This document shows, piece after piece, positions 14,225-28,830 of a stretch of DNA of 64,000 nucleotides (position 1 is the stretch's first letter; the number at the start of each line of letters is the position of its first letter). Under the pieces are notes generated by a model. That model ran no database searches. It was not told the origin of the DNA and saw only the letters and a list, made by a program, of their open reading frames with translations. This DNA is from Ptychomitrium polyphyllum (taxonomy: Eukaryota), in NCBI GenBank assembly GCA_973851085.1, contig OZ316775.1, forward strand, positions 5,704,001 through 5,768,000, in the 5' to 3' direction. Made by a program: the position numbers and the translations under genes.

Positions 14225-17129
14225 AGCAGCTATTATCATTTGTGATGTTCAAATTTCACATCATTCAGGACATGAATTATGGTAGTGGCTGTTCAAGAGT
14301 TTGCATTATTGTTGTGGGGTGAGCTGTGCACTTAGGGCTATCACAATTGTGCCAGGAGTAGATGGAGAGCACCCATCATCTATACAGGCTGCACCACTGC
14401 AACATTCAAAGGAAAAGTTTTAAATCAGTGTTTTGTTAAGGTAGGGCAATTTCTGGATGAAGACACATGACACTCTGGATTTGAAGGGTTATTTTATTTG
14501 GATTGTGCTCCTCCTGTTTTACATGCAAGTTTGTACAGCAAGTCCTGAGGTGCAGGGACGTTGGATATACAGAAGTATTGTGACCTATATGTGAGATTCT
14601 GCTTAACAATCAAGAGTGATGTCAACCAAGTGTATGATGATGAATAATAAGCTGAATAATTGGGATTTTTGGGATCTTTTATAATCATTTCAGACTTCAT
14701 TAGCAGCAAAGTAATAAGTCGTAAGATAAAATCCGAAGTAGAAAATAAGCAAACAACTGAAGACTTACTATCTTCTAAGTTGGACCTCTACTGCACTTGT
14801 GCTCATCGTGTATATCCAGTATTAGAGCTACAAATTCAGGCTGTTGCAATAGGGGTTACCAGGGCTTGTGATAAGCAACATTTATGTTGAATAGGAGATT
14901 AGAGAATGAGTTTCACCAGGTGAACTTCATTTTATGAAGTGCTCATGGCATTCCCCTTACAGTGACAGACACCTTGTGAATGACCTTGGAAAATTTTGAA
15001 AATATTCCTGTCCTCTTTCACATGGTAACTTCGAAGTAACATTTTAAGAAGACAGAAGTGATACTCGTCTCAGACACGGAACAGACTTGATTGTGAACAA
15101 AGGCAGGAGCAACAAGTTGGGAGTGCTTTTTGTATTGAACTTTTTGTAGAGGAAGTTGCATTTTCTGTGTATTTACAGGAGGTTTACCTCTTATCTATAT
15201 GCTTAAGTGAACTCCTGAAGTGGTACAACCATTTTTACTCAATGGGCAGGCATATTGCGTTGCAGTCTGAGTAGACAGTGGTAGCTAATTATGTACTCCA
15301 GTCACACCATGTTGCTTGGTTCAGTGGACAAGGAACTGAATGTGACTGAAACCTAAGAGAAAGCCACCACTCACCCTTGTGTAAGGAGAGGCTGCAATGC
15401 TACAACCCATTGCTATCCTGTAAATTATATCATGTGAGTACTCCCTTGCCCTTACCAAATTTCAGTAGCCTGATTGGTGATGAATTATTTGCTGATGACC
15501 TTCCACCATATGGCTAGAGACAATGTCACATTCAGAGGACCAGAAATTTGCACAAAGATAATTTTACCCACAATTCGTGGATCTGGTTTGTTGTTTTTGC
15601 ATCTCATCACAATGTCAAGACCTCAGAACTCTCTTGAAACGCACACTTTGGATTCATGGTGAATGAGGTATGAGGAAAGCAAGAGAGAAGTAGTTCTACA
15701 AAAAATAATTTGGCCTTCAACAATTATGAAGAGTCAATTCATATATGTAATACTATGGCAAATTATTGTACTGGATAAACATAAGTTAAACAGGTGGGCA
15801 ATCATAAATGTACATAAATAATGGACTAGTAAATAAGTATAGACATATAAGGTCATGTTATTTTGACCTCCAGTCAATTTGTATGTAACATTACTAACCA
15901 ATCATATTGAAGCGATTATGAATGTTCGTTTTTTGCTCAACACCTAATCCATTTATATATGGCCCTTCTTCACTGATGGAATCACCTTCCTCTCGAATTT
16001 TTATTTGTGATGCATTTGTGTTCTTTTTGTGGAATTTTCCTACCTGTGTCTGCCACCCTTTGCGTACAAGGCCTGTTGCAAATTGTAAACTTGCTTGAAG
16101 ATCATAACAGAGGTTTATATGCCAATGTTTAAAGAATATTAGTATTGAGCTGCAGAGGCAGCCTGTTTTATTTATGAATGGCACGACGTTAGAGATGGCT
16201 ACTTCTCTGAATGGGCTTTTCGATCTTGGTGCTATGGCTACTCCTCTGAATAAGACTGTTAAACTGCATGTAGTTCATATTATCAGGCTGCAATTGCCTT
16301 TCAAGATTACCAAATCGTTGGGCTGCGGCCCCTCTACAGACAGAATATGTCTGTTATATTTTTACAATCAAGTGGCAGGGGAGGACTTTGAAGGGACTAA
16401 GATGGAGAAACATTTCCTTCAAGCTATTAACGGAGAAATGGCTAATTCTTGATATTAGAGTGATGGCAACTTCTCTTCAGGTAAAGGCATGCTCATAGTT
16501 GCAATGAGTGTTTTTGAAGCGTTGTTTTACTTTTCTTCTGAATGGATGGAAATGGAATGAAACAAAACTTTTTTTAATGTAAACTTTTGTAATAGGCTGT
16601 AGGATTGTGCGTGGTTATTGTTTTAGGTGTTGTGAACATGTAGATGGTTATGGATAGCTAAGAATTTGACATTTTCATGAACAACAACATCAAATTTTAT
16701 TTAATTGTGTACTTATGAAAGTAAGAATTTAGGATTCTTTTCTTAGTCACTCATAACATGTTTAAATGTTTATTTACAAAAACATAATACTTAAAGTTTG
16801 TGGAGTAAGCTTTGAGAAACTGCTATAGTGTTTGGTATCCAATTGCACATGATCTCTAGGAAGGCTTAGTCATTTACAAAGAATTTGATCATCCATTGTT
16901 TGCTTTAAAAATGCTTTTGAAAATGAAAATGTAATTTGGATTACTTGAATTAGTTAGATGTCTTAGCAATAGATGTCGTTAAGTATTTTGAGGGCATTAA
17001 TAGCCCTTCTTTGATCTCAATTTTTGCAACGTACTTTTGATATCTCTTTACATATTGTCATAAGGTCTTCTTATTGTTTCTACATGGGAAGTGATGGAGA
17101 TGTAGGTGTGATGTACCTTAGCTATACAA

Positions 17130-17270
17130 ATACAATTTTTAACTTGGAATGCACAAAGGATGTTAAATCTCCAAAAAATGCATGCTCACAAATGACTGAA
17201 TTTTAATGCAATATTGCTATCCAAGCTAGTTTAGACAATGGAGATTTTTTTTTTTCAACCAACATGTTTC
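17130..17270 (-). mobile_element. Fossil hAT-type transposase C-terminal dimerisation domain
   Basis: Reads WLKKKK.SPLSKLAWIAILH*NSVICEHAF...SFVHSKLK, resembling the hATC pattern W..P.L.KLA...L....S..CER.FS....HSK.RN. Stop-interrupted. Confidence 0.45.
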
Positions 17271-18163
17271 CAAAGCAATGGTGGCTTTCCTAAAGCCAAC
17301 TTATTTGAAAGAATTCAAACTAGCAATCAAATATTGCATGGAAACTGTGGCTGAATAAACATTCAATAGTTGCAATAGAACTTGTCATTTGGCAATTGCA
17401 ATAGAACTTGTTATGCTATTACCATGGCATATATTTTACAATAACAATCATATGCCTTAATAAAATATGCCTCTCTTTTATTTTCACATTTTTTCATCTC
17501 ATTGACATAAGAATTATAAAGCAAAATTAGAAGATTTTTATGTTTAGAAAAGAAACAAAATATAAGGACAAAACCATTTTAATAATTAAAATAGTAGGTG
17601 AAAAAAATCAACTCTTAATTTATAAATGAATAGAAAGCAGCAATATATATAGATAAATGATAGGATTTATGGCTTTGAGCCTACAATGACAATTGCACAA
17701 TTACAAATCTGATAAAAAGATTTTTAATATAAAGGAATTTAAGGAGCAAAGCAAGTAAAGCACATTTACATTTATATATGTCAATTATGTAGAATGAAAG
17801 AGGGTTGCATTATTGATGGAAGGAATGACTAAGAATCCATCACTAATATTACTTATTTTTTTTATCAAGTAGACATTAATTTCAACTTTTCATTGGCATC
17901 AACTTTTTTGTATTAATCTAGATACCATTTACATTCTTCCAATGTTGTTTAGTCTTTTTAGTTATATCAAAAATTATTGCTTTAGCAAAGTCTTAAAATC
18001 CGTCTTCAACTTTGAGGAATAGAGTTAAGAGAAATCTTGCGGTTTTGAAGTTTATTGATGAATATGCTATATCTAATAGCAATTCTATAAGTTTGTATTG
18101 TTTTTGGCTAAGATTTTGTGCTTTAAGTTCCAAAAATTATAAAAGTTGGATTTTTGTTGCTTG

Positions 18164-18372
18164 TGTTAGGAATACAAGAAACAAGAAGTAAACATGAAGT
18201 GGTTTCTAAGAATAAGCTTTTAAGGAGCTAATGATTAACAAGAATTGATACAAAGATTAGAACAAGAATACAATACAAATGTGATCCACAACTTGTATTA
18301 GCAAGTCTATAATATACTTTATCTTGCCTCCTATTTATACTCTAACTCTTGTATTTTCTTAAGATATTTAAA
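18164..18372 (-). mobile_element. Truncated LTR relic, same family as 1030-1507
   Basis: TGTTAGGAATACAAGAAACAAGAAG...GATCCACAACTTG...CCTATTTATAC is the reverse complement of the 3' half of the solo LTR. Confidence 0.85.
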
Positions 18373-21300
18373 GTTTGTTATCAAACTATTATTATAAATT
18401 AAGTTAGTTGGCATTTTTTTGGAAGCATAGAACTAGAAGCGAGTTTAATATCAAATGTTTTTTATTGTATTATTCATATTCTTTTTTACCTCTAATTTGC
18501 TTATTATTTAAACTCTTGGCGCTAAAATTTTAAATTACAAGCAAATCGTGAACCCATTCTAACTCCCCAGGAAGTACACACCGTCTCTAAAGGGAATGAA
18601 AGGGAACGAAGTCTTGTATACAGTGTGCACAGTTTTCTTGTTGCTCAGTTTTGCATATCTAGAATTTAGGTGTACCTCAACTCCAGCTGCCAGCCCAGTT
18701 GTAAAAGCTGTGTGGCCATAACATGAGTATTCAGTGATCATAATGTCTTGCCTTTACACAATAAATAATAAAGAGTAACTGTAAATCACCAGAAAAGGAA
18801 ACATGGAATGGTGAATCTGCACGAAGCCCCACACTGGGCTATGAGTAGGAGATTAGTTTTGCCAGTTCTGCCACGAATCCTTAAAAGTCGTGCGCTGCAT
18901 GCTTCACCTTACAGTGCATCTATCTTCCTCTTTTATTTATTGATTCTTGAAGACCTACTCTCATGGACCCACTGTAATTCTTGCTGGCACCAAATCCAAA
19001 CAAATCTCAACAACTGTAATTGTGCTTACGCACTATGCAAAATGTTTCATTGCCATGGACTACTTCAATGACCGGCTTGTTTTCAACATCACATGTGGTA
19101 GAGAGGCTTACTATTTTGGATATTCTTCTGAAAAAAAACTAAGAAATTTCATTTAACAATGATATTTGAATAAGTTGGGAGCACCTCATGCCTTTGCTTA
19201 TTGAGATAGACTCTACGATAGTTTGGTGCAGTTGAGGTGCATTCAACTGTACACATTCCTAGGGTGGTACCACTGTTTGAATAGCTACTAAAAACTTCTC
19301 TCTTAGAGAGGAGTTTGTGCATGCTGTTGGGTTGTTTATCGCCAAATCTCCCAATATTGGTGCCATAATCATGCAACTTTCATGCAATAACTTTATTTCC
19401 TTCTCAGAAAAGTGAACTCTCACTTCACACCTTCAGTATGTAAGCTCTATCTATAACAGTAGTGCTACTGTGCTACAAATATGGAGAGAGCCTTGAGCAA
19501 TTCAGTAGGGGTCACCGAAAACTACTGTATAAAAAATAGGGACAAGAAATGCCGTGGTACTGTGACGCTGCGCATTCTGATACAGTTGTTCGAGTGGGTA
19601 TGACTGACGTGCAAGTTATGATTTGCATCATGTAGATCAAAGTGGAATGACATTCTGTCTCACCCGGATGGAGTTCAACGGAAAATAAGATTCTGCTAGA
19701 TAGGGGACAGACTCATGTGCAATACAAATTAAAATGAACGTACATAATGGTTCACAACGTGGAAGCCTCCGCCAAGACGAGTGTCGGTTTCACTGTGACT
19801 TGGCTCAAAGGGCCGGAGCCCAGGAGAATCATAAATTGTAAATATAATTATGAAATCGTTTCAAAATCCACACCTACATCGGCTCTAGCTAGGGCGAACA
19901 TGTCAGAGGTAACAATATAAGACGCTTCAACCTCACAAAAAGCCATCAGTGCAGCCTCACCTCCTCAGTCTTGTTGAGTGAGGCTGAATTTGCAGATCTG
20001 GAGGGCATAAGCTATGGTGAAGCTCCAGTCATCATCTCTGAGCTTGTTGTCAAAAGGTTTGGAATGTAGAATCTAGGCTTCTCACTTGCACGTGGTTGAA
20101 GAACAAGGAGCAACTTGATTCAGGAGCTTTTCTTGTTTCAGGAACAATATTTACAGTAGTAGTTGCTCTTTCCTAGTTGTTTCTGTGACCACCTTGATTC
20201 CGGCCTGATTCGCATAAGATCGTATGCAGCTGGAAGAAGTTGATCTGTGCCAAACGGGCTGTTCTCAGGGTGGTCACAAAACATTGTTGCTGCAATTTCT
20301 ACACTAGATTATGGGCAGAAGATGTTCTAAGTTAATTCGAGGGGGTTGATTTACGTAACTTGTAAGCTGTTTTGACTTGTTTCAATGATTCTTGAGGTAT
20401 TTATTCACTTGTTTATGTGATTCTCAGAGTGTTTATTCAATGACATCTTCTGACTTGTTTACGGATGATGGTACTAACCAGTGTCTGGTGCAGTGCATTT
20501 CTGTCCAGACCTCTAGTCTCCAGTCTGAGTTGTTTGTCATACCTTTCAATGATTTCAACGTATCCGTGTTGAGGTTCTGATCTGGTGTGCAAGGGTGCAG
20601 GCTTGATGCAAGCCAGAAGCTAGCGGCCCTGAGTAGAAAATGCCAACGTTGGCAATCTATCTGGAATACGTGCAAGACTTTTGGCGCAGTGTTCAGTATC
20701 TATCACTAATACTTTTCAATTGTGAATCATCTACCGTATGCTACTTCTTCACCCGTAACATACACACAGGCCGAACTTGAATGGTGATGAGGATATATTA
20801 CAGCTAAAATCATACCTCTGTACAATTGTGTCATGTTTATAAGTTCGTAGATGAGTTTGGAAAGTTCACAGTGCGCACAAGTTTAAGGGAGTTTTTTCTC
20901 ACTGGAACTTAAGAAGTACTGTCTTGTGCTGCTGTGCGTACAACTAGACCAAGATATATCTTTCTCTTCTGTCGTTTGGAAACACGATCCAAAGGTATTC
21001 CTGACGGGTTTACAATGTTGCCTTTTAAAACCGTTAAGTAAACAGAAGATATTTTTTAAATAATACAAAATAAATTAAGTTAGACTTCTTCTGTACATGT
21101 TAGGGTATCTGACATAGCAGAATTGATATTTCCTAAGATTCTCCTCAGCAAAAGCTTACAGGGCTATGAGATATTTGTTTCGACCTTTGTCCTAATCACG
21201 AAACACAGTCTGAAAGGCCATATCTTTAATTAAAATTAGATGTGCTTTCAGAGAACAGAACATGATCTCGCCTAAAATCTCTTCCACAGCAACAATTAGA

Positions 21301-22495
21301 AATCCAAGCCGTATCGTATCCATATGTTTACTGGGTTCCATTTGGGAGTAGCTCCAACCATGTGCTCGAGTATGAAAGCTGAGTTTAACTCACTGCAAAG
21401 CATAATATATGTACACATACACCTCAAAGCCTGGAACAGAACCAAGTTTGTGTGAATCATAAAGTGACTTTCGTAAGTGCTAGACACCAGTGTGGGTTGT
21501 TGCCTCAAACCTAATAACATATGCATCCTCAAAAGTCGAAAACGACCAGCTCTCCGTATGCCCTCAGCGAAATTGTCTGAGGATGCTCAGCTCAGAGTAG
21601 AATTATGATCCAACAGTATGAGTGCTGGTGGAATCACGGCAGCTCTGAAGCTCTGGGTACGCAGTACTGCAAGAATGTTGCGTTGTGCCAAGGCAAATCA
21701 GCTGATCTGTTTTCAGTTGCGTTTTTGGGTAGACACATACAAGCAAACAGGCCATTCTAGAGATTGAAGACAGAGATATTGATGTGGACGATCAGTACAG
21801 CAGGCATTTGATTAGCCCCTGACGCTCATAGGGGTGGTAAGTTCTAGAGTGGTATTATTAAAACGTAATTGATAGATGTGGATGATTGTTACCATAGAAT
21901 TGCAATACATAATAGTGAAAGTAGAGCTTTAACTGTTCAGTTGTGGATCATAGCTGTAGTGGTAAGAATCAGTCTTGTTTTCTATGCATTATCAAAAAAT
22001 CAGCCTGCTCTACAACAAAGACATTACCTTTTGCTTTAAGGATGCTTCAAGTAATTGAGATCTTCCACTCGGTTTCCATGTACAATGCTTGCTGTTTGAC
22101 TATCGTGGATGAGAATACACACCACTCATCCGTAAAAAGGGTCCAATTGCGGGACTGTGTCTTTTCCAACTTACCACCAGTTTTTCCAATCTGTGAATCT
22201 TTCAGAATCCTCAACCTGCAACTAAACATAAGAATCTTGCAGAGCCTCGATCTTGCAAAATCCTCAATGACATGTGCTGTAAGTATTATGGGCCGGCTTT
22301 TGCTAAAAACGTCTCAAAGTTTGTTGACTTGAACATGACATGAGATGATAATGAATTTTTCCCTCGTGGCATAGTAAGTTTCAAAGAAACTAGACTCTTT
22401 TGAGTCCTCTCCGTTTAAGAGAATTCCATCAGAATCTTGGATCCTGAAGAAAAATGTCATTTTGTTTTTCACTAGTTGGTGACCTGGTCTGAAAG

Positions 22496-23535
22496 ATGTC
22501 TCAGGTTCAAAGAGCTTCCGTGTTGCTTGTGATTGCATTGGCACTCTTGAGCATCAGCAAAGTTGCAAATGCAGAGCAACTGGTGTATAGATACTACAGG
22601 AAGTCATGGCCTAGTGTGGCGAAGGTCATCTTCAAAGAAGTTAAAAAAGCTTTCAATAAAGACAAGACCACCGCACCCAAAATTCTTCGACTAATTTCCA
22701 CTACAGCTTCTTTCGGGGCTGTGACACACCTGTATTCTTGGCCTGCTGGGAGGACAATGGGGTAGTGTCACTTGAAGTGGAGGTCTACCAGAACTCGCCC
22801 CTTCCAGTGCTAAAGCTCAAAAGATCATCTCCAACTTTGCTCAAAAGGGTCGCACTCCAGAACTGATGGTCGTATTATCAGGTTCCCACAACCCCTCATC
22901 TTCCAGTGCTATTTAGTTTAACGATTTTAACCATATATTGATAGCACTCCATGTGGAAGATCCGTTAATGTGCTAGCAATGCAATGACCACACCTTTAGA
23001 GGGGTTTGAGCAAGAATCCTTGAAGTCAGAGCTCAAACTCAATGGCTTCACTCGCTCAATAAAATTGAGATAAAGTGGAGGAAAAGGGCATACTAGATGT
23101 TATCTTGTATTCTGCCGTCTCACGAAGCTGTGTTATGGGGTCACTGTAGAATGATGCGGATTTTGTTGATCTCTTCTCATTGGTTGCAATGACAAAAATT
23201 TCAGTGATATACTTTTTAATGGTAACTGCAGGTTCTCACACACTGAGTCACCCATCGCGTGTCCCTCGATCAGTACACGAAGGCCCATTGTCATTATCCG
23301 TCACAGCATGCACAAGTTCGATACCCGGTATTACAAGAATATCGTTCAGAGAAAGGGTATCATGGCATCTGACCAAGATCTTTAAGCTGATGAGAGCACT
23401 CGTGGGTTCGTCGTTCTAAGGAACTTGAAGCATAGCAGATTCAGATTCGGGAAAGCGATAGTCGCCGTGACCAGTATTCAGCCCACTGTGTTCCCTGGTG
23501 GCGAAATCCGAAAGAACTGCCGGTTTGTCGACTAG
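22496..23535 (+). pseudogene. Class III secretory peroxidase pseudogene
   Basis: Signal peptide, then QLVYRYYRKSWPSV...APKILRLI(frameshift)FHYSFFRGCD (distal His motif decayed). An internal deletion jumps to GR.DGVVS...FAQKG..PELMVVLSG. Intron 22882-23231, then GSHTL (proximal His), SDQDL*, GEIRKNCRFVD*. Frameshifts, stops and lost Cys residues. Confidence 0.9.
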
Positions 23536-26500
23536 AGATTGATTTATTTTCCTTTGAGAAGTGTTTTCCTTTGAGAAGTGTGCAACACAGAATAATTTTG
23601 AGTGCTTCAACAATTTCAGTGAATAAGCGGCAGTGCATTATGTTAAATTCAGCTCCTCAGAAGGAGTTCGAAATCCCACCTCCTCCAGCTGATCAAATTA
23701 CTTCGTCTAGTTTCTGTCCTCTAAAGCTCATATCTTCTGTTTGTCATTTCAATTATTCCTACCTGTTTACAAGTAGCTGCTTCTTGGACACATTCATACT
23801 CGCATACTCAATCTCCTCCTGACGAAGTAGGTACGCAGTAGCCCGTGACAACTTGGATCCCTGGATTGCCAACTTCATCACTACTATCACCTAACGCTCG
23901 TCTCTGGAATTAAACTTCATAACTTATGGCATTGTTTCATGTAACAGGGGAACTGGATTGAAACGCTCACCAAAAATTAAAGTTTTGATAGCACTTGGAG
24001 TATGAATTAAAGACAAAACGGACAACTTGGAGCTATGATTATTACCGTACTAATTCACAAGAATAAGAATCTTGAGTACAGGATCATTCGATCTACGCTT
24101 AAGATTGCTTGATCTCCCTACAGGCTCCCAGACTTATCCCAGTGGCACATGGCACAAGTACATAATCCGGATATCCGTTCGTTGTATAATTAGCAATCGG
24201 GTATCCGATGCTATATCTAGTTTGCTACGGGTCTATACCCCTCTAGCGCATATGCTTCTAAACATTAACGCCAAACGGTACAGTACTTCCAAACACGCAG
24301 GGCGGCTGGGCCCTCACAGACAGGTAACATCCCACTCAGATTGCATCCTGATCTGACATCTTCCCAGAGGAAGTGGTGTTTCTTTCACTGGATCCGAAGC
24401 AAAGAACTTCGAACTCAGGCACTTGTGAAACATCCTAGTGACATGAGTGAAAATGCTTGAATAATCAGCCGATACAGAGGTTGAAAATGGCTATGGACGC
24501 CAGTTGAGATCGAAATTAACACCACGTTGCACGTGTTTTGGAGTATTTTCGATATGATGGTGGAGTAGCATAAGAGTAATTAGTGGTGTATCAGTAGAGT
24601 GATTAGTGGAGCTCCATATTGAATGCTTCGTGGGCTCCAACATTTGGCAAGGATTTCGGCGATTCCCTATGTAAGAGGTTGTGGAGATACACTCTTGGTG
24701 AAGTTACAACCAACGGCTAACTTAACCTTTGTGGATGCATCGAACGTGGTCGTAAATTTCATGCAAATGGTTCCAAAGTGATACTTTGGCAACTAAAATG
24801 TTGGGAAGCGTCTAAAAATGGGATAATCTTGGAACTTGTTTAAGAATAATGATGTTGGCATCATGGAATTCCACTAGGATACTCATGGAATTACGGATTT
24901 GATGTTCCAGCCTTGCAGGAATGGTCTCCGACTTCCTTGAATTGCATGAATTCTACTCGGCGAATCGCAGTGCTGCTTTAGTGACTTTGTTACTAGAGGT
25001 ATCGCCGTCTCGATTATGCTAGTTCTTTGAGGATCTTGAGACCACTATTGACTTAATCATTGCACTGCTTACTCAACGTCAGAAACACAGAATGACATCT
25101 TCCCAGTTACTGTGGAGTCGGCAACCTCTCATAGTTACCGTCGTGTTTCAAGGCTTATACCTAAGCCTTGGAAAGAAATCAGAAGGAAAATGTCTGACAG
25201 CGTGCTGCTGCCAAGTGGGCTGGGGTGAAAATTGCACCCGTGAAGATTTCGGTGGTGTTAAAAAGTTAAAAGCCAACTATTTTGGAGGGGCCTCACGTTT
25301 CAAATAGAAAAGTTATAGTAGATAACCTATTCCTGGAACTTTCAGCAACATTGTATGGTTTCTTTTAAATGAAACAGTGGTGTATTATAAGCGTTTCCAA
25401 AAGAATTTTAATTTATTTATATATAATTTGAATGATGGATGAGATACATTATTAACAGTTTAGCATGAATATTTTAACATTATTTTCAGTAAAGTTTGTA
25501 AACCTCTAACTTATTCAGAAGCATGATTAGCGTTCTTAATCAGGTTGCTAAGTTGGTGTACCCCAGGCTCCTAGCACAAGATTAAACTCTTAAGTAGTAA
25601 TTTATCTTGAGGTGAGTTCTGCCTCTTGAGATGAGTCGCATGAGTGTCCTTCAGAACTCCAAGGAGCCAGAGTAGCTGAGAGCTAACAATGAGCAGAGTG
25701 TCATTACTCCAAAAGTGTCAGCCATCACAGTGCTGAAAGTTCCTTAGCTGGGAAATGCCACCCTGCTGCGAAAAGGGATAAGCCTGGAATAGCGCAGATG
25801 GCGTCCATTCAATTGTGATATGAAGTCAACGAACACCAAATGAAGGTGCTCTCAGACTATCTCCAAAGAACACCACCAAACTCTCAAAAAGAATCCTTTC
25901 ATTTACATGCAACCAGTACTTCCAAATACCTCCGTTGGAAGCACTTCAAAAAAAGTTAACTAAACAGGCACAAAAAAAGCTGCATTTGAATTGAATGTGT
26001 TGGATAATATAACTATATATGTTGTAAACATGCTAATGTATGGAACTCGAGAGGATCATTATATTTTAGGAGTTTAGTGGAGCTTCTCCACTGAATGTAA
26101 ATGATTCAAAATGAAAATGAGATCCAAAACACCCATTTTCAAGAAAATTAAGACATATTTTATTCATTTTTCTCTAGATACTATAAAACTATAGTATTCT
26201 TAAAAATCTTAGAAATATAGGAGATATTTTTAATTAGAAGAGTAAATAAGCTTTACTATGTAAGTAAGTAACTACGGAGATACTTACTTTTAAAGCTTAT
26301 ACATGATTTTAAAGATTTCTTAATTTGAATTGATTAAAAGAAATGTTGACTAGGGTGGACAAAATGCATACAGTATCGATATCATAAACTGCAAAACAAA
26401 ACAAAAAATTTAAAAATGTACATTTATTACACATTTTTTTGGTTTAACTTCATATTGAAAAAGTGGATTTCTTTGTATATTTTAAAATTCCTTATCCTTG

Positions 26501-28459
26501 CCTAAATTAATAAACTTACCAAGGTGAATTTCAAAAGTGAATTGTTGAAGATGGATTATTAAACCCATCGATTTTTTAAATCATAGTTCTTCATAATGAA
26601 TTGTTATCAAATGCCTTATTTTCATAGCTTTATTTATTAAACTTCAAATTATAATGCATGGAGAAAAAAATTGTATATAAAATCCATGTGGAATTATTTC
26701 CGTGTAAATTATAAACTATTCCAAATTCTTAAATTTCCAAATGTCCAAATTTCCTTGTAAATTATAAGTCATTCCAAAAAATGTAGATTTATAAAAATTG
26801 GACTTCAAAATAGTTGTTACAATTTTAATTTTGTTTGTAACATCATATATTGTAAGAAAAAAATCAAAGCAAATAGCCTTTGGTAGTCTTTACATGCATA
26901 TAACAAAAGAACAATATAGATTAAGAAAAAAAAAACATTATGAATGAAATTAACTAAGGAAAATAAAGAAATTAAGCAACCATAATAAAGGCATTATAGA
27001 AAATGGAAAATTAAGAAGGACATTAAAATTCCAATATGATTACAAGTACCACCATGCATTCTTATCATACATACCTCACATTCATCCTTACATTCATCCA
27101 CATAATGTCATGGAAATGAATAAAAGCTTGATTTCTAAATTCTATGACAATTTTTAATACAATTTTATGCCATTTAGTGATTCTACTTTAATACCACAAA
27201 AATGGTGATTAGGAATAAATAACAATATGGGCAATTTTAATCTCTTGAGGATATAAATCATAGTAGAAATATTTGTAATTTAACTTTATTCTTAATCAAA
27301 TTTTTTATCTATGTTTTTATTTCCTTCTTTATATCATTTGTGTTTATGATTGAATTATATATTTTAATGCAATAAGGTTTTGCTTACTTATTTGATATAC
27401 ATTTTTAAATGCATGAAATTCTTTTAAAGTAAGGACAAGTTTATAAATTATCTAAAAACTATAGATACCACCATATGACTTCATATTATTGATTCAAATT
27501 TGAAAAATAAATTATAATCTTTGGAATGGTTTACATAAATGAAGTGATTTTTTTTCTCTTATATCCAAAACTTATGTTTATAACAAAATATAAGATACAT
27601 ACATGTTAAAGAAATTGTGAAATTTATCCATCTATTTTTTTATTCATCTTTTTCTTTGACTTCTTATAAATTTGAAATTTTGTTAATATATAAGAGTACA
27701 AAATACCATTTCAAACTAATTATACTTCTTTTAAAGAAAATACATATTTTAACTAATTCTTATTTCTTAGAAGTATTTTTTGAAATATTCTTTGTTCAAA
27801 AGCATTATAAATATATATAAAAATCCAAAGAAAAATATTCTCCTAAATTTCTATATGGTTGAAAATTTTGTAGATATGGAAGTATATAAAGCAACTTTAG
27901 AAGATTTCAGTTCAAAAGTGGTCTTATTAAAATAGTTTATTGTCTCATGTATAAAGTTTTCAAAAATCCAACACATCAAAAGTTTCATATTCAAATCCAT
28001 CATAATACTTTTAAAGTGGTCACCACAAATACTACTTTAATATAAAATTTTATTTTAAAAAGTATTATTGATTTTATTTAATTTTTTGTATTTTGTATAT
28101 TGGAGTTTCGTATGATTTCAAAAAATAATGTACCAACATAAAGAAATATTTCACCAAAAATATAATCACAATTTGGTTACTCGAAATTACCCAAATTTAA
28201 CTTGATATATCAGCAAATTCTTAATTATATAATATGGTGCGTGGACTTATCAAAACACATGTGTTGAAATGAACCTATATTGTACTGTAGTCTTATGGTG
28301 ATCCACTATAATTTATCAACTTTGTTCAAATACTTATATGCTTTAATTTAAAAATATAAGTGGCTTGGAAATGGTGAAGTAACATCATTTTGTATTACTA
28401 CAAGAGCTAGCATCTTTTATGATGCAAAATTCTAACAAAGTTTCAACTAGAAAACATAC

Positions 28460-28830
28460 AATCACTTAAGAATTTTAGAGTAGTAAAACAAAAGAAGTCT
28501 CTTAACTAAGATCTTAAATATAAGTATTCAACAGGGGCAAAGTGGATCCAAATTCAAAAAATATATTATTAAATGATTGATAGTGATGTTATAAGAATAA
28601 AAAAGCATTAGATGAGCTTCATATTTAACCTGCTGTGAAATTTGGAGGTGGAAGTGTCATGGTTTGGAGGTGCATAGGATGGAAAATAACCACATTGAAA
28701 GAATTGTAAATGGCCAAATGTACAAAGACATTGAGAAGTAATATTTCTTGTTACTATTTAATTACAAGAATTGAATGCAACAAATAGTATTTTTTTAATA
28801 TTGAATTTTTGAAATGATCAAAAACATACT
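28460..28830 (+). mobile_element. Tc1/mariner-family transposase fossil
   Basis: PAVKFGGGSVMVWRCIG at ~28629-28679 (Tc1 signature VKHGGGSVMVWGC). NDQKHT at 28813-28830 (DNDPKHT). Upstream D-SKF and KQKK..L-like remnants. Confidence 0.8.

Noticed and set aside
24480..25300. Coding-like composition with short ORFs
   Set aside because: No motif recognised and no consistent exon chain.
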